This document shows positions 58,013-64,000 of a DNA stretch of 64,000 nucleotides, one piece after another (the first letter of the stretch is position 1; each line of letters begins with the position of its first letter). Source of the DNA: an uncultured delta proteobacterium (lineage in GTDB: Bacteria; Desulfobacterota; Desulfuromonadia; Geobacterales; Pseudopelobacteraceae). The notes beneath the pieces are model-generated. The model did no database searches. It saw only the letters and a list, made by a program, of their open reading frames with translations, and was not told the origin of the DNA. The position numbers and the translations under genes were made by a program. Where the stretch lies: positions 192,001 to 256,000 of the forward strand of contig CAVYYZ010000012.1 of NCBI GenBank assembly GCA_963772835.1, read 5' to 3'.

Positions 58013-58301
58013 CGGGGCGCGTTACCCTGACAACAAGCTTCTGCAGGCCGGGCAGATCGGCCGGCAGCAGATCGGCTTTCCAGCTCAGTTCAGGATGGGA
58101 TGGAGCAAACGTTCCTTCTCCCTTGGTCGGGGAATTTCCCATTTCATCCATGCGGGTGCGGGCCAACAGAGTAAAAGTTGTACTGTCGCGCTCGTTGGCT
58201 ATGATCCCGAGATGATAATTTACCGACCCCAGCAGGGTCAGGATGACACCGGCCATGATCGCAAGGGCCACCATTACTTCAAGAAGCGTAAACCCTCTCA
58301 T
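57969..58301 (-). CDS. gspI: T2SS minor pseudopilin GspI
   Basis: MRG|FTLLEVMVALAI; 110 aa; gene order. Confidence 0.85.
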   Translation of the reverse strand: MRGFTLLEVMVALAIMAGVILTLLGSVNYHLGIIANERDSTTFTLLARTRMDEMGNSPTKGEGTFAPSHPELSWKADLLPADLPGLQKLVVRVTRPGDGREVALVRYLSK

Positions 58302-58855
58302 GGCGGATCCTCAAGGTATCCCTCGTACGCCTTTACCTTGCCGCCCGATGGAAAGGCCATCACCGTCCAGAATTTACCCTCTGCAGAGCGGAGATGAATG
58401 GTGACAAAGTCCCGTATCCCCCCTACTCCGATATCTACCCGCAACTGACCATCGATGACTTTGCCCAGACGGGGAATCCGCACATCCGCGACCATGATAC
58501 CCTCTTTTACCGGCGACTTCTGCAGCATCGGGTCTGATGGTTCTTTTGGACTCCCGTCCCCACCGACCTCAAGGATCTTTAGGGATTCGGTCCCCGGTGC
58601 CAGAGCAAGATAATAAGCGGTTCGAGACGTAGCGGCCCTTTCCTGCACATACCGAAGAGTCGAGGCCAATGTTCGCGCTGAAGTTTTCAGATTTTCCTGG
58701 TCTGACGAGGGGAGACGCGGGAGAACCAGCAACATGACCATTCCGATAATGGCCATCACGATCGCGAGCTCAATCAGAGTAAAACCGGACCGGCTTTGTT
58801 TATTACCGCACTGTCCGATGATATTCGAGCCGCTGTCTGAATGGCTGTCCATCAA
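58298..58855 (-). CDS. gspH: T2SS pseudopilin GspH-like
   Basis: G|FTLIELAIVM prepilin motif; gene order. Confidence 0.75.
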   Translation of the reverse strand: MMDSHSDSGSNIIGQCGNKQSRSGFTLIELAIVMAIIGMVMLLVLPRLPSSDQENLKTSARTLASTLRYVQERAATSRTAYYLALAPGTESLKILEVGGDGSPKEPSDPMLQKSPVKEGIMVADVRIPRLGKVIDGQLRVDIGVGGIRDFVTIHLRSAEGKFWTVMAFPSGGKVKAYEGYLEDPP

Positions 58856-58856
58856 C

Positions 58857-60005
58857 TCAGGCCAGTGCAGTTATGCCTGCCAGTTCCGCACCAAAAAGTC
58901 GCTTTTGCCATTCCCTCATTCCCGGTATGGCATCAAGCTCGTCCCTGGTAGCCAGCTGCGTGTCGGCAATCGCTTCAAGCAGCCAGTTGGGAGCAAGCAC
59001 ACCCGGATCAAGCCCGAGTTCTGCACTGTACCTCTCACGCCATATTTTAAGGTTTTTCAGCCGTTCCTTAACCCGCTCCGATACTTCTTTCCTGCCGTTG
59101 CGCGGGAAACTGGGTAACGACTCTTCAGGCATTGCAAGCCCCCGTTCTACGGCTGATATAATGCCGTCACCATGCCGCTGGAGTTGGCCGGAGGTCATTC
59201 CTTTAAAAAAAGAAAGCTCGTGTAACGATCGTGGTCTGTGTTCAGCTACCTCAATCAGAGTATCAGCCGACAATACTTTGAACGGCGGGCGATCCAGAAG
59301 TTCCGACTGTCGGGCCCGCATCTGAAGCAATTCTTCGAGGATGGCAAGGGCGTGTCCTCTCAGCTTTCCGGCGCCTTTACAGTAGAGAAATAACGGTCCC
59401 TCTTTTTCTGACACCCGCGCCTGGCACAGCAGCACACCTTCTTCTTCAAGCCACTCCAACCTGCCTTTGTCAGTAAGTTCTACCCTGAACTGATCATACA
59501 GCGACAGCAGATCAGAAGTGTCCGCTGCGGCATAGGCACACATCTCCCTGGTCAAGGGGCGTTTGCTCCAATCCGCCTTCTGGTATTTTTTGTCAAGTTC
59601 GATCCCGAAGCGCACTTTCAAAAGCGCCGCCAGACCAAACTCCGTAATCCCCAAAAAACGCGCAGATATCATTGTATCGAACAGGTTTGTGACTTCGATA
59701 CTGTAGTCACGATGCAGTGACCGGATGTCGTAATCAGAGCCGTGCATGACAACGACTATTTCCGGGTTGGCGAGAGGAGCTGCCAGAGGAGAAAGAGACG
59801 TCAGCGCCAGAGGGTCTATCAACCAGCTCTGCTGGCGGGTTGAGACCTGAACGAGGCAGACTTTTTCGCGGTAGTGATGAAGAGAATCCATCTCCATATC
59901 GACTGCAATTTCTGTCTGATGTGATAGGATATCGGCAACTTCGGTCAACCGCGCCGTGGTGGTAATGATTTCGCAGGTTCCAGCCTGCCTATGGAAAGAA
60001 TTCAA
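58857..60005 (-). CDS. rnd: Ribonuclease D (3'-5' exonuclease plus HRDC)
   Basis: AVDME, HGSDYD, FDT, ADWSKRPL, YAAAD; HRDC-like C-terminal domains. Confidence 0.92.
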   Translation of the reverse strand: MNSFHRQAGTCEIITTTARLTEVADILSHQTEIAVDMEMDSLHHYREKVCLVQVSTRQQSWLIDPLALTSLSPLAAPLANPEIVVVMHGSDYDIRSLHRDYSIEVTNLFDTMISARFLGITEFGLAALLKVRFGIELDKKYQKADWSKRPLTREMCAYAAADTSDLLSLYDQFRVELTDKGRLEWLEEEGVLLCQARVSEKEGPLFLYCKGAGKLRGHALAILEELLQMRARQSELLDRPPFKVLSADTLIEVAEHRPRSLHELSFFKGMTSGQLQRHGDGIISAVERGLAMPEESLPSFPRNGRKEVSERVKERLKNLKIWRERYSAELGLDPGVLAPNWLLEAIADTQLATRDELDAIPGMREWQKRLFGAELAGITALA

Positions 60006-61054
60006 ACCGGAAACTCCCGAATAATTGAATAGGTTGTGGTACGTTGAGCGGCCCGGAAGCCGGCTCCACGTATCAGGGTTACCATCTCTTGCTGCGACAT
60101 GCAGAAACTGCAGCCGGCAGCGGCTACTACATTTTCCTCAAGCATGGTCCCGCCAAGGTCGTTAGCCCCGAAAAACAGAGCAACGGAAGCCATTTTGGCA
60201 CCTTGTGTAACCCAACTGGCCTGAATGTTGGAAATGTTGTCAAGTACGATCCGCGACAAAGCCAGTACCTTCAGATAATCGATGCCCGTGGCGGTGGTGC
60301 CCCCCAGTTCGGTGTTGCCCGGTTGGTAGGTCCAGGGAATAAACGCCGTGAATGATCCGCCCTGATCCTGGATTTCACGCACCCGGAAGAGGTGTTCAAT
60401 AATATCTTCCGGCTTCTCGCTGCTTCCAAACATCATTGTGGCGGTGGTCGGCATGCCAAGCCGGGCGGCCTTTAGCATGACCTCGCCCCACTGTTGCCAC
60501 CCGATTTTTTTGGGAGAGATGCTGCTGCGCACCTCGTCTACCAATATCTCGGCGCCACCACCCGGAATCGAATCGAGCCCGGCTCTCTTAAGACGAAGCA
60601 GCGTTTCGTCGAGCGTAAGAATTGAGTTGACAGAGATACAGACCACTTCAGCCGGGGAAAGGGAGTGATTCTGTATCGCCGGAAAACGTTTCTTTATTTC
60701 GTAAAAGAGTTCTTCAAAAAATTCTATTTTCAAGTCCGGGTTAAGGCCACCCTGCATCAGCAGCTGGGTCCCCCCCTGTTCGACAAGCTCGGCTATCTTT
60801 TCATAGATCTGTGCATGCGTCAGTATATAGGCATCAGTCGCGTTTTTGGTTCGGTAAAAGGCGCAAAAAGAGCATTTCGTATCACAGATATTGGTATAAT
60901 TCACGTTGCGATCTACTACAAATGTGACCAGACCTTCAGGGTGAAGCTGCCGCCTTATTTCGTCGGCCCTTTCTCCAAGGGCAAGCAGATTCCCGTTACG
61001 CAGCAGATCCAGAGCCGCAGTACGCTCAATTCTATTCGCATCGGCTGTTTTCAC
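60002..61054 (-). CDS. mqnC: Cyclic dehypoxanthinyl futalosine synthase (radical SAM)
   Basis: DRNVNYTNICDTKCSFCAF, PGGGAEIL, QASWVTQG, GTMLEENVV. Confidence 0.92.
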   Translation of the reverse strand: MKTADANRIERTAALDLLRNGNLLALGERADEIRRQLHPEGLVTFVVDRNVNYTNICDTKCSFCAFYRTKNATDAYILTHAQIYEKIAELVEQGGTQLLMQGGLNPDLKIEFFEELFYEIKKRFPAIQNHSLSPAEVVCISVNSILTLDETLLRLKRAGLDSIPGGGAEILVDEVRSSISPKKIGWQQWGEVMLKAARLGMPTTATMMFGSSEKPEDIIEHLFRVREIQDQGGSFTAFIPWTYQPGNTELGGTTATGIDYLKVLALSRIVLDNISNIQASWVTQGAKMASVALFFGANDLGGTMLEENVVAAAGCSFCMSQQEMVTLIRGAGFRAAQRTTTYSIIREFPV

Positions 61055-61473
61055 GCAATGGCCTTGAGAATATTCATCCGTTTTTCCAGTTCGGATTCAA
61101 GCATCCTGCGGATCTCAAGTGGAATCCTCCGGGCTTTTAGGGCCGGGCTTATGCAGGCCAGCGTGACCAAGCCCTCAACCAGCAGTTTACCGTCATTCTG
61201 CCGCATTATTTTCTGGCAGAGCGTCACGGATGATCCTCCGACTCGCGACGGATGTGTCGTAACCGTAAGAAGATCATCATGAAGTGCAGGAGCTTTGAAA
61301 TCAATTTCCAGACGTACTACCGGAAAGACAAAACCATTTCTGGCAAGTTCAGCCACAGAAAAACCGTGACTGCGAAAATATTCAGTTCGTGCCCGTTCCA
61401 GATATTTGATGTAATTTGCATGATACACGACGCCACCGGCATCGGTATCCTCATAATATATTCGAACGTCCAT
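61051..61473 (-). CDS. ybgC: YbgC/FadM family acyl-CoA thioesterase
   Basis: RIYYEDTDAGGVVYHANYIKYLERARTE. Confidence 0.9.
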   Translation of the reverse strand: MDVRIYYEDTDAGGVVYHANYIKYLERARTEYFRSHGFSVAELARNGFVFPVVRLEIDFKAPALHDDLLTVTTHPSRVGGSSVTLCQKIMRQNDGKLLVEGLVTLACISPALKARRIPLEIRRMLESELEKRMNILKAIA

Positions 61474-61709
61474 CTGCTATCTCTGTCCCATCTTTGCCCG
61501 ATTACCTGTTGCAGGGAATTACTCTAGTGCAGTTTCTTTTCATCTGCAACTTATTCTCGGTATTTTAAAGCAAAAAAAGCTCCCCGGCGTTCAGACGCCA
61601 TAAAACCTCCTGAGACATCGCAAGACCCCAAACACATACTTGGCCATCTGCATGCGCACGTTTGGGCCTCAGAAGCGATATTTGAAGCAGCACCGCCTCA
61701 ACCCTTATT

Positions 61710-62372
61710 TTATAAGGCTTCACTCCGTTTTATGATTGTCAGTACCCGCTCGCCCATGTTTTGCGGCAGCGAATAGCGGTGTATAGAAGAGACTGTAAAC
61801 CCACCGGCATGCACGATCTCATCACTGTCAGCAATCTCACCTTCAACCTGTTCCCCTTTCATCGCTATCAGTACTCCGCCATCTGACAGGAGCGGCGCAG
61901 CCAGAGACACAAAACGATCAAGCCGTGTAAACGCGCGCGAGGTAATAACAGTGAATAAGTTGCGATGTGTTGTGTGAAGCCCTTCAACTCGTGCGTGAAT
62001 CGCTTCAATATTCTGCAGATTCAGGATACGGATGACATGCCGTTGAAAATGAATTTTTTTCGCCACTGCATCGACGGAAACCATCGGGATCTCTGGTCTG
62101 ATTATTTTTAACGGGATTACCGGAAGACCGGCACCTGATCCGATATCAAGCAATCGGTCAGTAGCTTTTAAATACGGAGCAAGGCTGAGGGAGTCGACGA
62201 AGTGCTTGATCGCAATCTCATTATCTTTAGTTATTGAGGTCAGGTTGACTTTGCGGTTCCATTTTTTCAACTCAGCAGCATAGAGTTCAAATAAATCGAT
62301 ATCATGACTCTCAAGCGATATTCCCATCGATTGAGCTCCCAAAGCAACTGTATCACCTATAATGGAGCGCAT
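61710..62372 (-). CDS. rsmG: 16S rRNA m7G527 methyltransferase
   Basis: WNRKVNLT, HFVDSL, DIGSGAGLP, SRAF, MKG. Confidence 0.96.
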   Translation of the reverse strand: MRSIIGDTVALGAQSMGISLESHDIDLFELYAAELKKWNRKVNLTSITKDNEIAIKHFVDSLSLAPYLKATDRLLDIGSGAGLPVIPLKIIRPEIPMVSVDAVAKKIHFQRHVIRILNLQNIEAIHARVEGLHTTHRNLFTVITSRAFTRLDRFVSLAAPLLSDGGVLIAMKGEQVEGEIADSDEIVHAGGFTVSSIHRYSLPQNMGERVLTIIKRSEAL

Positions 62373-62380
62373 TACTCGCT

Positions 62381-64000
62381 CTATCCCTTCCAGGAAGATG
62401 ACTTCAAGGCAATCGACAGAATTGAAATAGCCGCCGGTGTGACACCCGGTATTCTTGATGCTTGTCCAAGAGTGTCGGGCCGGCTTTTCGAAAGCTTTTC
62501 ACGAACCTCTGTAGTCAGGCTTTTCACAGATGCATAATCAAGGCTTGTGGGAATGCGTGCGTTTTCCAGTTTTTTCGACTGTTCAACCTGTTCCAGTTGC
62601 CTATCGATATACCCTTTGTATTTAGTCTGTATTTCAACCTGTTCACGTATTAGCGGAGGCGTTTCACGTGAAACCGTATCAAGTTCGCCAAGAATTGAAT
62701 AAGTGACATCTGTTCGCTTGAGCAGATGCTCAAGTGTTGTACCTTTTTGGATATCTTTCAGGCCGTGACGCGTGAGTACTTCGAGTTGAATATCGGAATG
62801 GCCGAGACGTGTTATCGCTATACGATCAAGTTCTTCTTCGATCATACCTTTTTTTTCAGTAAAACGGGCATACTCCTCATCCGATACGAGACCTAGTCGA
62901 TATCCTGTTTCCCGCAGACGCAAATCCGCATTATCTTCGCGTAGCAAGAGACGATATTCAGCTCTCGATGTGAACATCCGGTATGGTTCTTTCGTACCGA
63001 GAGTCACCAGGTCATCGATCATAACGCCTATATATGCCTCACTTCGTGACAGCACAAGCGGCTCACGCCCTTTTACACGAAGTGCGGCATTTATGCCGGC
63101 TATGAGCCCCTGCCCTGCAGCCTCTTCATAGCCGGATGTGCCATTGATCTGACCGGCATGATACAGATTTTTTATTGTCTTCGTTTCAAGAGTACTATGG
63201 AGCTGAATCGGATCAACGTAATCGTATTCTATTGCATATGCAGGACGCATTATCTCTACACGTTCCAAGCCGACAATAGAGCGGTAAAAAGATATCTGAA
63301 CATCTATGGGAAGTGACGTTGACATTCCGCTGGGATAGACCTCAATCGTGTCGAGCCCCTCCGGTTCGATGAATGTCTGGTGACGCTCTTTTTCCGGGAA
63401 ACGCACAACCTTGTCTTCTATTGAAGGACAGTACCGCGGCCCAACTCCTTCAATAATACCCGAATATAACGGTGAGCGGTCCAGGCCGGATCGAATAATA
63501 TCGTGCGATTTCTGATTTGTGTACGCAATGTGACATGGTAGTTGCGGCATCATTATCTGTTTGGTTGAAAAAGAAAAAGGCAACGGTGGATCATCACCAA
63601 ATTGAGTTTCCAGCTGTGAAAAGTCAATGGTCCGGGCATCTAGTCGCGCGGGTGTTCCTGTTTTAAGTCTACCTACGTTAAAACCGAGTGTTCTCATCTG
63701 GTCAGACAGACCGATCGATGGCTGATCACCTGCACGTCCGCCAGGATAGTGGTTAAGCCCAATATGGATGAGGCCGCGCATAAACGTGCCGGTTGTAACA
63801 ACAACCGTTTTTGAAAGAAACCTGATGCCGGAGCGTAGTTCGACGCCACACAGTTTGCCCCCGTCAATGTACAGAGACGTTACTTCTCCCTGCTTAAGGT
63901 CGAGATTTGGTTGATGCTCCAAAATGTTCTTCATCCGGAGGCGATATAATTGTTTGTCAGCCTGGGCTCGCGATGCTCTGACAGCGGGACCTTTTTTTAC
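62381..64000 (-). CDS. mnmG: tRNA uridine-5-carboxymethylaminomethyl enzyme MnmG (5' part outside the window)
   Basis: KGPAVRASRAQAD at the window edge, RLKTGTPAR, GPRYCPSIEDK, AGQINGTSGYEEAA, FTSRAEYRL. Confidence 0.97.
   Translation of the reverse strand, partial: VKKGPAVRASRAQADKQLYRLRMKNILEHQPNLDLKQGEVTSLYIDGGKLCGVELRSGIRFLSKTVVVTTGTFMRGLIHIGLNHYPGGRAGDQPSIGLSDQMRTLGFNVGRLKTGTPARLDARTIDFSQLETQFGDDPPLPFSFSTKQIMMPQLPCHIAYTNQKSHDIIRSGLDRSPLYSGIIEGVGPRYCPSIEDKVVRFPEKERHQTFIEPEGLDTIEVYPSGMSTSLPIDVQISFYRSIVGLERVEIMRPAYAIEYDYVDPIQLHSTLETKTIKNLYHAGQINGTSGYEEAAGQGLIAGINAALRVKGREPLVLSRSEAYIGVMIDDLVTLGTKEPYRMFTSRAEYRLLLREDNADLRLRETGYRLGLVSDEEYARFTEKKGMIEEELDRIAITRLGHSDIQLEVLTRHGLKDIQKGTTLEHLLKRTDVTYSILGELDTVSRETPPLIREQVEIQTKYKGYIDRQLEQVEQSKKLENARIPTSLDYASVKSLTTEVREKLSKSRPDTLGQASRIPGVTPAAISILSIALKSSSWKG

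Overview
Bacterial chromosomal window whose gene content and order suggest Geobacteraceae/Desulfuromonadia (inference). The housekeeping backbone comprises a partial GH13 amylase, a TPR protein, def-fmt-DUF116, glnE-mtnA, a split chromate transporter, a JAB-DinG helicase, a two-component pair, acnA, a dihaem cytochrome c, tatD-cls, FAH-gpmI, rlmH-rsfS-nadD, T2SS gspH-N, rnd-mqnC-ybgC and rsmG-mnmG. The main discovery is an ~24 kb accessory locus (~7.5-31.4 kb). It joins a CHASE2 nucleotide cyclase, TpsB, a ~3,250-aa TpsA exoprotein and a FecR-domain protein to a set of tailoring enzymes: a RaxST-like sulfotransferase, a dedicated PAPS supply (cysD, cysNC, TauE), two paralogous PaaK-like adenylating enzymes, a SAM methyltransferase and a cyclodeaminase-family enzyme. 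The TpsA is split by a frameshift near 19855 and has ~25 beta-helix-like rungs carrying polyglycine loops, many Tyr-tipped. I hypothesise that this is a post-translational (Tyr-sulfation plus further) decoration system for a secreted surface protein, coupled to cNMP signalling. Also noted are a solitary integron attC-like site next to a vapBC cassette and a probable non-canonical ATA start for the cyclase. No rRNA, tRNA, CRISPR array, integrase or transposase was recognised. All calls rest on motif recognition only; no searches were run.
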